DNA of 64,000 nucleotides from Eledone cirrhosa (Eukaryota), in contig OZ024742.1 in the NCBI GenBank assembly GCA_964016885.1, forward strand, positions 294,810,001 through 294,874,000. The letters run 5' to 3'. The position numbers and the translations under genes were made by a program. Shown piece after piece: positions 11,646-23,288 of this stretch (position 1 is the stretch's first letter; each line of letters begins with the position of its first letter). A model generated the notes under the pieces. That model did not search any database. It was not told the origin of the DNA and saw only the letters and a program-made list of their open reading frames with translations.

Positions 11646-14360
11646 GTTAACTGTTATACATTTAATTCTATACATGTAAGTTTTATTTTGTTTTCATCTT
11701 AATATTCCAAGGACAGTGTTTGATTATTTTGTCTAACACTGTGATTCTGGATGGACCAGCAGTACAGTCAGTAGGGTCAAAACTGTGCATGTCCATTTCA
11801 ATGGCTGATGACCACAGAGTTTTGCATTTGTTGCCAATGTTGCAATATTATCTGTGACACATACAACTACCTTTTCTCTTCTTTTGTTAAGTTATATATG
11901 TATATATGTGTGTGAGTGTAATATGTATGTTAAAACAATACTGGTGACGATATATAAGCTGTTGCCTTACCATTGGAAAATAGTGACTGCAGTGGAGAGG
12001 TAAGAAAGGTATGCATGGTTCACTGCTGGTCTTCCCCAAAAACATCCTACCCAGGCTCGAGACATGGAAAGTTTCTTTCCATGTGTAAACCCATTGTCAG
12101 TCATGTCTGTAAGGGGCCTCATCAGTGTTATCTCTCACAAAAAAAACAGTCAAACCAACTAAACAAACCCTCTAATTTTCAGGATCACCTTGAATCATCT
12201 ATTTGACTTGGTTTCATACACATGTCTTTTACTTATTTATAGAAACTAATTTCTAGGTGGTTTATGAAACACTATGAAACATTCTTGACATACCCAACAT
12301 ATTTTGGTTGTTAGAATGAGTTGCCCTGTTCCTATTCTACTTATGTAGTTTGTGACTGCAGAACAGAAAGTGAAACAACAGATTTGGTAGGGTAGTAACA
12401 GCATACCAACTGACAGCGCCATAGCTTTTTTTTCTGTTTTACATTATTTAATCTGTTGACACTTAGAATACTGAAATGAAATTAGTTAACCAATTTAATA
12501 CGAAGCTGCCTGAAACCCCCTCTGGTTATTTCTCATTCACTATATTCAGACTGTGAGATTATTTGTATATTTATATCTACACACGTATATATGGAGAGAG
12601 AGAGAGAGAGAATATTACAGTTAATGTCTTAGTGTGTGTGTGTGTGCATGCGTGTGTGTATCATCACCGTTTAGCATCCACTTTTCGATGCTTACATGGG
12701 TTAGATGGGTCATTCATGTGAGGAGACAAATCTAGTCAGAATTGGCCAAGCCGTATCTTGCTCTGGCGGGACTGTAAATTTGGCCAGGGATTTTACAGCT
12801 GGATGCCCTTTCCAACCAACCACATTTGCAGTGTGAATATATATACATAAAATAGTTTAGATGAGTTGATAATACAACCATTTAAAGACAAAGGATATTT
12901 CAAAGCTCAAATGTGATTTTGTAGTCTACAGTATAATAACTAAAAGACAATTCAGAGCTTATCCAATCAGTAAATTTCCAATCACAGTAGTTCTACAACA
13001 TCACAGAGCATATATAAAATGAATAAAAATAACCAGGATTAAATTACATCAAATTATTTTATTGATTTATGAATGTTTCAATCTATACAACAGAAATATT
13101 CATTTCTGCTGTATTGATTTCTTCAGAATCTATTAAACAACATAAATAACAAAATTATTTACCAACCACATGTCCATTTCATAGTTTCGTAGACTACTAA
13201 ACTCATTATTACAATACTTGAATAATGATATTAATATTTTAGAATATGATAAATGAATAATGGTATCAATGTTTTTCAAATCTGTTTTCAAATGGTATTA
13301 CTCAAATATGCAACATTCCATTTGCTTAGTCTAACATTTTTTCATGGCATTCCACTAACTAACAGGAATAAATTGTGAACAGCTTAGTAATGGGTGGAAA
13401 TTTTGTGAGAAGAGGTGGTTTCCATATGATTTCTGAAGGCATTTATGCGTGAATGGATAGCTTCTTAGCGTGAGCGTATGTCTGTGAAACATATACATAT
13501 ACACCAGGTCCGAACACAAAGGAACCAAACTCCCACTGTCACTGCCTCCATCTTGCCCACTCTCTCACTATTATGAGCAAATGGGGGCCTACATGCTGGC
13601 CATTCTGTGGCCCCAGCAAACAGAATAGCGGAGGTGTTTTCCCAGAGGATAGTGAGGGAGATGAGAGGAAAAAAAAGAGAGGTGATTTTGAAGCTTCTCC
13701 ACAATTAAGCAATTAAGCAACTTTTGTTGATATTATCGTACATATAAAAAAAAAAAGTACCCTGCCTACACTGTAAATATGGTTGACATTAGGAAGGGCA
13801 TCCAGCTGTAGAAACCCAGCCAGAAACAGTTCTATATGAGCAAGACACGGTCACCTGGCCTAACTTGCCTCTAATGGGACAACCCATCTAACCCATACTA
13901 ACATGGAAAATGGACATTAAACAATGATGATGATAACAGTGCTGCAAATTGTTTATAAGGCTATAGAAACGGTAGGTGATTGCCATAGACAGCTTTTCCT
14001 TTTTAATTGCTTATTGGGTATTCAGAGCTTTTGTATAAGGTTGCTTTTTAGTCCATACTATGATCTTATTCTCTGTTGGATCAATCATATTAATGTGTTT
14101 CTATAAACATTCTGCCAGCAAACCAAAGTCCATGCAAAATGCTATCCATTCAGCTTAAGTCCAATAAAAACTGTTCTAAAGAGTCATTACAATGGCTCTT
14201 CATACGTTTTTCTGTCATTCCATCATCTTTCATGCTTTATTGCTTTTTCAAAATGAAGACACAATTGTTCATAATTTTGTCACATTACTGAAATTGTTTG
14301 AAACCAATCCAGCTACCCTCCTGGTGTCCAGGGGGCATGTTCTGACAGTTCCTTTTGATT

Positions 14361-16256
14361 TAACCCTTTAGCATTTACATTACGCTCTTTTCATTGTACG
14401 ACAACTACAGGAGAAGTATCTAGCTAAAAGTAAACCCCTATACTTAGCTTTTGTTGACTTGGAGAAAGCCTTTGACAGAGTCCCATGCCCCATTATCTGG
14501 TGGGCTCTCAGAAAACTAGGTGTTGATGAATGGCTTGTGAGAGCTATACAAGCCATGTATAAAGAAACAGTCAGCAAGGTTAGAATTAACAACGAATATA
14601 GTGAAGTTTAGCGTAAAAGTTAGTGTTCATCAGGGCTCCGTCCTTAGCCCCCTACTATTTATTATTGCCCTTCAGGCTATAACAGAGGAGTTCAAGACCG
14701 GCTGCCCATGGGAACTCCTATACGCAGATGATCTAACGCTCATAGCTGAATCAATGGCTGAACTAGAGAAGAAATTCCAAACATGGAAGCATGGCCTAGA
14801 ATCAAAAGGCTTTAAAATTAACCTGTCTAAGACTAAAGTTCTAGTTTGTAGGAAGGAAAATAGGGCACTGGTCCCATCTGGGAAATGGCCATGCTCAGTG
14901 TGTAGGAAAGGAGTAGGCAGAAACTCCATTTTATGTCCCAAATGCAAAGTATGGGTGCATAAAAGATGTAGTGGGATCACAGGTAAGCTAACTAAGAATA
15001 TAGATTTTATATGTGGCCGGTGCTAAGGTGCAATAAGTAGCAGCAAGTGCCCACAGAATACTAGCTCATTCCATTGCACAGATGGTTCTATAGAAATAGT
15101 GGACACCTTCCGTTACCTGGGTGACAAAATCAGCAGTGGTGGAGGGTGCTCTGAAAGTTCAGTAGCTAGAGTCAGAACGGGATGGAAAAAGTTCAGAGAG
15201 CTTATACCACTATTGGCCGCTAAAGGTTTCTCTCTAAAAATGAAAGGCAGGCTGTATGATGCCTGCATACGAACAGCAATGTTACATGGCAGTGAGACCT
15301 GGGCATTGTGTGCAGAGGATATACGCAGACTGGAGAGGAACGAAGCTTGCATGCTCCGTTGTATGTGTAATAGTAATATACGTGAACGGCAAAGTATAAA
15401 TGAACTAAGGGAGAAATTAGGAATAAGAGGGATCAGATGTTGTTTACTCGAGAGAAGACTATGTTGGTATGGTCACGTGATGCGCATGAAAGACGACAGC
15501 TGTATAAAAAAGTGCAGGGCGATTAAAATAGACGGTAGCCACGGATTAGGTAGACCCAGAAAAACCTGGGATGACCTTATAAATTCCGACCTCACACACA
15601 CCTCTCCAAGACAATGTCACTGGACTGAAATCTTTGGTGCTACACAGTAACAGAGAAGACCCGCCTTGCCTAAGTACAAAGCGAAACCTACAGTCAGTAG
15701 GCACCTCTTAACAAAAATAGACCCCGTCCCACCACCCCACCCACATTCACACCACCCCTTTCGATGTAAAGTTATGTTTACAACATCCAATGTTTACAAC
15801 ATCCAATCTGAAATAAATGAGGTCGTGTAGGTGTCACGAAAAAAAACACAGTCCACGCTGTAATGTGGCCATGTAGGTAACATGGTAAAAACCTCCCAGT
15901 CCACACTGTAAATATGGTTGGTGTTAGGAAGGGCATCCAGCCGTAGAAAACCCGCCAGACAGTCCTATACGAGCAAGACAACCAATCTTGCCACAAGTGG
16001 GAAAATTCCCGTCCAAACCCATGCAAGCATGGAAGATGGACGTTAAACGATGATGATGATTACTCTATATTTACTATTGTATTTTCATGGTAAACACTTT
16101 ATCTCACATAATATTGAAACTACGAGATTTTGATATTATTTATTTTGAGAACAATATCCTAACATAAGTATGAGCAGCCAGTTATGGCTGTTTTTGAAAA
16201 AAAAGAAATGAGACAATTCTAGCCAAATATGGCCAGTTTAAATGCTAAAGAGTTAA
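14361..16256. mobile_element. TTAA piggyBac-like MITE split by an RTE insertion
   Basis: Left end TTAACCCTTTAGCATTT at 14361; the remainder resumes near 16061 and ends AAATGCTAAAGAGTTAA. Uninterrupted copies at 36717-36944 and 43841-44047. Confidence 0.8.
14385..16060 (+). mobile_element. 5'-truncated RTE-clade LINE (RT core, Cys-rich insert, C-terminus, 3'UTR), disrupted
   Basis: AFVDLEKAFD, HQGSVLSPLLF, LYADD, FRYLG and RRLCWYGHV motifs; (GAT)n tail. Confidence 0.95.
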
Positions 16257-17059
16257 AAGTGATCTACTGTAAACTGAGTACAATTTATCAATAATTTATT
16301 AACTCCTTGAATTTTTCACACTGCATCACTTAAAGAAAGATCTAACCTATTAAGACAATGTCAAATTATCACATCAGATTAATGTTCCTTACAAATTGTG
16401 GCCATGAATGACCATGAGATTTGCACCTAAAAAGTTCCCTTCCGAGACACAAGCCTGGGCAAGGTATGTTTGTGGAAAACCAGCAGTCGCCCATGTATAC
16501 CAGTTTCCCCTTTCCATGCCACCGATGATGTCCAAGGAAAAGGTAATGGTACCAGTGACGTCGCAACTCATTTCTACAGCTGAGTGCACTGGAGCAGCAT
16601 GAAATAAAGTGTCCTCCTCAAGAATACAACGCAAAGCCCAGTGAACTCACAACCTCATGATTGTAAGCCCAATGCTCTAAGCACTAAGCCATACACCTTC
16701 AATATTAACTATTAGAGCGATATTAATGCTCTGTTTAGTTGATTCATCAATGATAACAGAAATGTTTCCATTTATCTGTTGATATCCTGAAAAAATTTCA
16801 TTATAATATATATGGCTATAAGATTAATTATCTTTATAGCACTATTGTGGGATCATAGCTCAATTCTATTGATAATACACTTGTTTTGAAGTTCTAGTAA
16901 GCCAGCATGATAAGAGTATCGACTGTCATTCTGAGCTGAATAATATGCAGAATAAAAAATTGAACAACTTGCCATTAGGTGCAAAGCATTCATGTTCTCA
17001 TATAATTTTCCAAGAGCATCTTCACTGGCTCTATTTTCAGCTTTTTTAGATTAGGTTAA

Positions 17060-17520
17060 AATAAAATAATGAAAATTATTGTGTACAATGCTCAGGTGCA
17101 CTACAACTCAGCAAAGGTGCATGTATAGTACATAGAATAATGTAAAAATATCAGGAAAGTGAAGTGTATGAGTCATGAAATACACACTGACACATGCATA
17201 CATGTGTATGGAGGGGGAATATCAAATATAGTGTTGGTAAATTTCAGGAAGCATGTAAGTTTTAAAGGATGCAGTGTCTCGACAGCTAACATCTGATGTA
17301 GGTAGTTTCTTCATGGTTCAGCAACTCTGAGTGTGAAAATGTCTTTCTGAAAGTTATGGGAGCTGTGCTGTTTTCTGATTTTGTAAACATGTTCATGGGT
17401 GTTAGACACATGGAATTCAAAAAGGTGCTCAGGGTTGTTGTTGCCAAGATGGTTAATGTGGTGACAAGCATCTACTTGACACAGTTTCATAAGATACTTG
17501 GTATATCTATCATTCATTTG
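17060..17520 (-). mobile_element. CR1-type LINE 3' fragment
   Basis: HEHVYKIRKQHSSHNFQKDIFTLRVAE; homologous to 6905-7480. Confidence 0.8.
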
Positions 17521-18097
17521 ACAGTCTGAATGTTTGCATTATTTTACACCCAAGTTGACCATTCTTGAAGTCTAACCAGGGATAAGTTTCCTTGTTTTTC
17601 TCCACCTTTCCTCAGTCCAAACACCTCAACAGAGATACAGGCTTGACTTCGAAGCATGATTACTATCAGTGCATTTTACTATTATTAGTCTCTTGTACAT
17701 TAATTTTGTAACACCCATCTCATTCATTAAAGAATGAAGCTAACATTGTTTGCTTAAAAGTTATACGGTTGTTGTTAGCGAGAAAATTTCACTTTTGTAT
17801 GAGTGAGTTATCCACTGACTACCAACTACAACAGATGTAGTATTTCATACTAATGCCATGGAGTATATTCAAAAGTGGAAGTATACTCCAAGTAGAAAGT
17901 ATGGCTGCTATTTCTAGCAGATCGAGTGACTATGTTGACACTCCAAAGGTGACATGGCAAGATTTCACCCAAGCTAGGTTGCACTCGACTTAGTTTCTTC
18001 ATAACTTTCTTAATAATGCATATTTTTAATACAGTTTTGCAGTGATACCTTTTTGAAGGTGTAGATTACGATTGTTAAATACTTTCATTATTGTATA

Positions 18098-18288
18098 GGG
18101 CAGTGGATTGGCAGTATCGGTAGAGGGTCGGACGCCATGCTTTCCAGCATAGTTACGTCCCTTTACGATCTGAGTTCAAATCCCGCCGAGGTTAACTTTG
18201 CCTTTCATCCTTACGTGGTCGATAAAATAAAGTACCAGTAATGTACTGAGTAATTGCTGGCCTTGTGCGAAATGTATAAACAATTATT
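18098..18288 (+). mobile_element. SINE family 1, full length
   Basis: GGGCAGTGGATTGGCAGTATCGG..GAGTTCAAATCC..; short TSD-like ATTATTGTATAG on both flanks. Confidence 0.92.
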
Positions 18289-18469
18289 GTATAGTTCCGT
18301 TTGTTAATGTCTTCATTCACTGAATACTTTCCATCTGTTTATAGTAGGGAAAGGAAAAGCAAAAAAAAAAGAAAGAGGAAGGTGCCCAGCATGGCCTAAG
18401 CAGGATGGCTGGAACAGGTAAAAGAGTAAAAGAAAAAAAAAACACATAAGCAGGTAGCAAACAAATCTA

Positions 18470-18835
18470 GGACCACATACAACAAAAGGCAGACGAAAGG
18501 GGTGGACAACTGAGCCGCTACCAGAGCAAAAGATAGTATTGCAAGGAGCACTAGGAAACCTCCCTAATAATTTTTGAGGCAAGCCAGCATGCTTGCGACA
18601 TTACCTTGGGAGATGGTAAGACTGATGCACTGGAACAACCAAGCGCCCTCACGAGCTTCACCAGTTACCTCTGTTAGGCGAGCCACCAGTGAAGATAGGA
18701 ATCTCGCAGTCAGTAGCCCGACTCCCCCGAACGTCTCGAACACCACATGTTGGAAAATGTAGTTGGCTGATAGATCATGGTATTTTAAGATTTTGTTTCG
18801 TTCGGCTGAGGTAGCTGTGGAATAATCACCATTAG
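18470..18835 (-). mobile_element. CRE-clade non-LTR retrotransposon 3' fragment (end of restriction-like endonuclease)
   Basis: KILKYHDLSANYIFQHVVFETFGGVG..FLSSLVARL..TGEAREGAWLFQCISLTISQGNVASMLA matches the CRE RLE C-terminal pattern. Confidence 0.8.
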
Positions 18836-18839
18836 AATA

Positions 18840-19027
18840 ATTGTTTCTACTTTTGGCACAAGGCCAGCAATTACCCAGTACATTACTGATACTTTATTTT
18901 ATCGACCCCGTAAAGATGAAAGGCAAAGTTAACCTTGGCAGGATTCAAACTCAGTCCGTAAAGGGACGTAACTATGCTGGAAAGCATGGTGTTCGACCCT
19001 CTACCGATACTGCCAATCCACCGCCGT
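18840..19027 (-). mobile_element. SINE family 1
   Basis: TSD-like CCATTAGAATAA / CCATTGGAATAA. Confidence 0.9.
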
Positions 19028-19557
19028 TGCCATTGGAATAACTAGCAGAAGAACTGCCCTTCAGGCAGTTTTCTGCTAGCATATATAGTGTATATTGATA
19101 TACGCAAATATATATGCACATAGATATAATACATAAATAGACAATATGCACATAAACTGAACAAAGACTGTGTTACACTTACTTCTGTAATCAGTAAAGT
19201 AATCCATGATACATTTTAAAAAAAGGCGATAATGGAGATGGAAAAGCGATGAAACTGTTGACGGAAAATGTTCATGAATCTTTACTTGAGAATGTCGATG
19301 GGAAGCTTCAAGCAGTGAATTTGAAAATAGATGCTGCTGGTATGAATGAATGAATTACATTTACCAATATGAAGAGTTGACCTTCGCTATATTGTTGTTT
19401 TACTGTATTCACATATAGATTTCTTAAGTTTTTGTAGTGTCCCTTTTCTAGCAGTTAAAAAGAAACTGAAATGCATTTCAACTAAAAGAGAGTGATAGCT
19501 GTTTCACATCACTGTAGAATTTCTTTGTAGGCACAGTTGTCAGCAAACAGACCCCTT

Positions 19558-21602
19558 TCATTTAATATTTTTATATTTTCTTTCTTTGTAAACTCGTGAT
19601 AATGCAACATACATCTGACCATGTGAGAAGAATTGTGTTAGTAGATATACACCTATCTTTTCAAATGTCTTCCCTTGGGCCTTGTTGCATGTAAGGGCAA
19701 AGGCTGGTTTGACAGGAAATTGCTTGCGAGTAAAGGTGAAAGGGAACTCAAGCTCTTGAGATACATGTGGTATCCTTGGGATTAGCAACCTTGTTCCAGC
19801 ATTGGGACCCAATGTCACTTCAGCTTCAATTACATGATTATGTAAACTGATGACGATGTAGTGTGTACCATTGCAATACCCGTTTAGAGGATCCAGATTT
19901 CTCAGAAGCATGATGGAACTGCCTTTCTTCAGTTTAAGTATGTGTGTTGGGAAGCCTGATGGGGTAAGTTTGTTGATGAACTCAATTGGATATTGCAGTT
20001 CATTATCTGCTGTATCAGAGCTTCTGTAGATTATTTCATGACCAGGGAACTTGTTGACCATGAACTCATTCACCAATCTTGCTGCATCATTTGTTGGAGT
20101 GATAATGGCTCTATTTGCAAGCCATAGTGGGTTTGTGTAGTTTCCTGGAAGATGTGTATACACAAAATCACATAGTCCAGACACATTACCATATTCCAGA
20201 CAAAGTTCATTTGGCAGAAGAATTGTGAATGCGCCTACAGTTGGAACAGTTGGAATGTTACCATTTCCCATATCAAGAAGGTAGTTTGCAAACTGTCTTT
20301 CATCTGCTTGCTGCATTAGTTTACCTGTGTGATCCCTCTTTGTGAAGAAGCAAGTTGATTCAACAGTCACATTGAGAGGAATCTTGCACTTAGAATGAAG
20401 AGTTCTACCTTTGTGAAGCAAAGTAGCTGCTATTCCAGATATGGCAGTGGCAAGTGCAATTTTTTTTTTTAGATTGGAGGTAATCCAATAGGATGTTTAT
20501 GACATAGGTCTTTCTTGTACCTGCACTTGCATTCAAGCAGAAAATTCTGTCTTCATTTTCATTTACAGAGGTGATTACTTTGTGAAAAATAACCAGTTGC
20601 TCAGGATTTAATGTTGGCAGAAGTTCATTTATGTTTGCTTGCAGTTGGTGTGTATTGAAATCAGTTTCTGGCATAAGAACCCTGTTGATTTTTGGTATGG
20701 CAACAATAGTTGGGTCTGGCCGAGGAAGTCCATAGTTGGCATGAATGTCCAAGCCATCATGTTGAAGTCTTTGTTGGATCTTCTGTAGAACAATCTGCAC
20801 AGTTTGCATGGACATGACTTGCTCATGACGTAAATGCATGATATCCTCTGCAAGACAATTCTTCCATTTCTCCCAGAACTGCAGAGGGTCATTTGGCATG
20901 CTGTACAATAAAATGGTGCAGAAGATCTCTCCCAGCTGAGGACCAAGCGTAATGGATGAGGCCTCTTCCATAGATTTGTCTTTTTCTCTATCTTCATCTA
21001 ACAGACCAAGTTTCCTGCATGCTTCTTGGAATGTTGGAAATTCAACTCCTTCAATTTTCCTCAAATCTTTGTATGAAGTTGACCTAATCTTGTGATGTAG
21101 GATCATCCTGAGGTAATATAATTCAGATTGATGTCTACTGAGAGATACTGTTGGAATGCGTCCAAGAGATTCACTCATAAATTGTTGATCACCATCCAGA
21201 TGTCCCTTTTTTCTTCTTTGCCACTTTTTTTTTTTAGCATGAGTGAGGCCTCGTTTTCTGCCACTCTATTGTAGCAGAATGAGCCACAACTTTTCCTAGG
21301 ACATTTTTTTTCAGTATGTCATCCATGAGGCTGTCATACTTGATCTTGGAAACTCTTGCACAAATATCAGGACGGTCTCTAGGTTCTTCACCAGGGTGCA
21401 AACTATTTTTTATTTCACCCCAGTTAGGGTTAGTTGTTACCGTGATGAAATAAGATGGCTTTCCCATGTGTTGAACAACAGTCATCAAATTCTGAAAGCA
21501 CTCACTGTAGAAGCAAAGGGAACCATAGATTGAAAGAGGAAGAACAATTCTCCGGCCTGCACTTGTTTCAGAAGTTAGACTGTGCCCATGCTGGGGTACC
21601 AC
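19558..21602 (-). pseudogene. Helitron Rep/PIF1-like helicase, frameshifted and internally deleted
   Basis: KPSYFITVTTNPNW..DRPDICAR..IEWQK (Rep region); ELYYLRMILHH, NPEQ, LLRNLD..CNGT, RKQFPV..AFALTCNKAQG, FSHGQMYVALSRV (PIF1). Confidence 0.93.
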
Positions 21603-21905
21603 AATTAAAGGATTTTCTTGACCTCAATTCCAGTACATATATTTTAAAATCTAGTACTTATTTTATTGATCTCTTCTATTCTCTTTGAAACGTGTGTGTG
21701 TCTATGTGTTCATATGTATGATGGTACCCTATCACTTGCAACGAGGATTCTTCCAGCTAGTGTCTGAGCATTCCATAGACATGTATAATGGAGGGTTTCA
21801 AGGTGGGACTACATTGGTTCTTCGACTTACTGGCAGAGTACACATTTTTTTACTTCAGTGGAGAGAAGAAAAGCAAAATAAAGTGTCTTGAGCTTCACTA
21901 ACCAC

Positions 21906-23008
21906 GGACCAGCCATCGCGGATGCGCACTTAGGACCAGCTTTTGCGCATGCGCACTTAGGACCAGCCTTCGTGCTTGCGCACTTAGGACCAGCCTTCGC
22001 GCATGTGCACTTCACACCAGACTTCGCGCATGCGCTATATGGACCAGCCTTCACGCATGCACACTTCAGACCTACTTCGCGCATGCACATTTCGGACCAG
22101 ACTTCGTGCATGTGCAGTACAGACCAGCCTTCGCGCATGCGCATTATAGACCAGCTTTCGTGCATGTGCAGTACGGACCAACCTTCATGCATGCACACTT
22201 AAGACCAGCCTTCGCACATGCGCAGTACTGATTAGCTTTCGTGCATGCACCCTTCGGACCAGCCTTCGTGCATGTGCATTTTGGACAAGCCTTTGCGCAT
22301 GCGCGAATGGACCAGCCTTCGCACATCGGACCAGACTTCACGCAAGTGCAGTATGGGTCAGCCTTCGCGCATGCCCTCTTCGGACCAGACTTCGCGCATG
22401 CGCACTTTGGACCACCATTCGCAGATGCGTATTTTAGACAAGTATTTAGGACAAGACTTCGTGCATGCTCACTTTGGAACAGACGTTGCGCATGCACAGA
22501 ACGGAACAGCCTTCGCACATATGCAGTACAGACCAGCCTTTGCGCATGTGTAGTATGGACCGGCTTCAGCCTTCGCGCATGCACACTTCGGACCAGCCTT
22601 CGCGCATGCGCACTTCGGACCGGTCTTTGCACATCCGCACTTCGGATCAGACTTCGCGCATGCGCACTTCGACCAAACTTTGCGTATGCGTACTTCGGAC
22701 CAGACTTTGCGCATGCGCAGTACTGATCAGCCTTCGCGCATGCGCTCTTCCGACCAGACTTCGCGCATGTGCACTTCGGTCCACCATTTGCGCATGTGCA
22801 CTTCGGACCAGCCTTTGCGCATGTGCAGTATGGACAAGCCTTCGTGCATGCGTATTACGGACCAGCCTTAATGCATGCGTAGTACGGACCAGCCTTTGCG
22901 CATGCGCAGTACGGACCAGCCTTTGCGCATATACACTTCGGACCAGACTTCGCGCATGCGCACCGCAGACCAGCCTTTGCACATGCGCACTTCGGACAAG
23001 ACTTCGCC
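21906..23008. repeat. 27-bp tandem minisatellite (about 40 units, consensus GGACCAGCCTTCGCGCATGCGCACTTC)
   Basis: Directly visible; the 9-aa periodicity of the overlapping ORFs confirms the 27-nt unit. Confidence 0.95.
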
Positions 23009-23288
23009 TATATATGTCTATGTATGAATAGATATATTTGTGTGTGTGTCCCCGTTAGATGTATAATTGCATTTCATGAATTACGAAGAATTTGCAAGTT
23101 ACTTCACCCGGGGAGGATTAATAATAGCTTCACTAACTTCGGAAGACGATTTGTGTTTGGTGTGGTATGTATGTGTATGTATATATATATAAATATATAT
23201 ATGTGTGTGTGTGTGTGTCTGCATCAGACATAATTTTTATGCTATTACATTTATATATATCTAATCAAGGAGCGTACAACAGTGCTTA

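Larger units (their letters stand above)
19042..23031 (-). mobile_element. defective Helitron (3' hairpin+CTAG end, Rep/helicase remnants, probable 5' minisatellite region)
   Basis: The minus strand ends ..GCAGAAAACTGCC TGAAG GGCAGTTCTTCTGCTAG|T. RepHel fragments are present. The 5' boundary near 23031 is tentative. Confidence 0.8.

Noticed and set aside
9740-12210. short ORFs and splice-like sites (9691.., 10871.., 11973..)
   Set aside because: I could not assemble a phase-consistent gene and saw no recognisable motifs.
21827-23031. many overlapping His/Cys/Ala-rich ORFs; also considered as a CRISPR-like array
   Set aside because: The ORFs come from a largely stop-free 27-bp tandem unit. 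There are no unique spacers or cas genes, and the DNA is eukaryotic.
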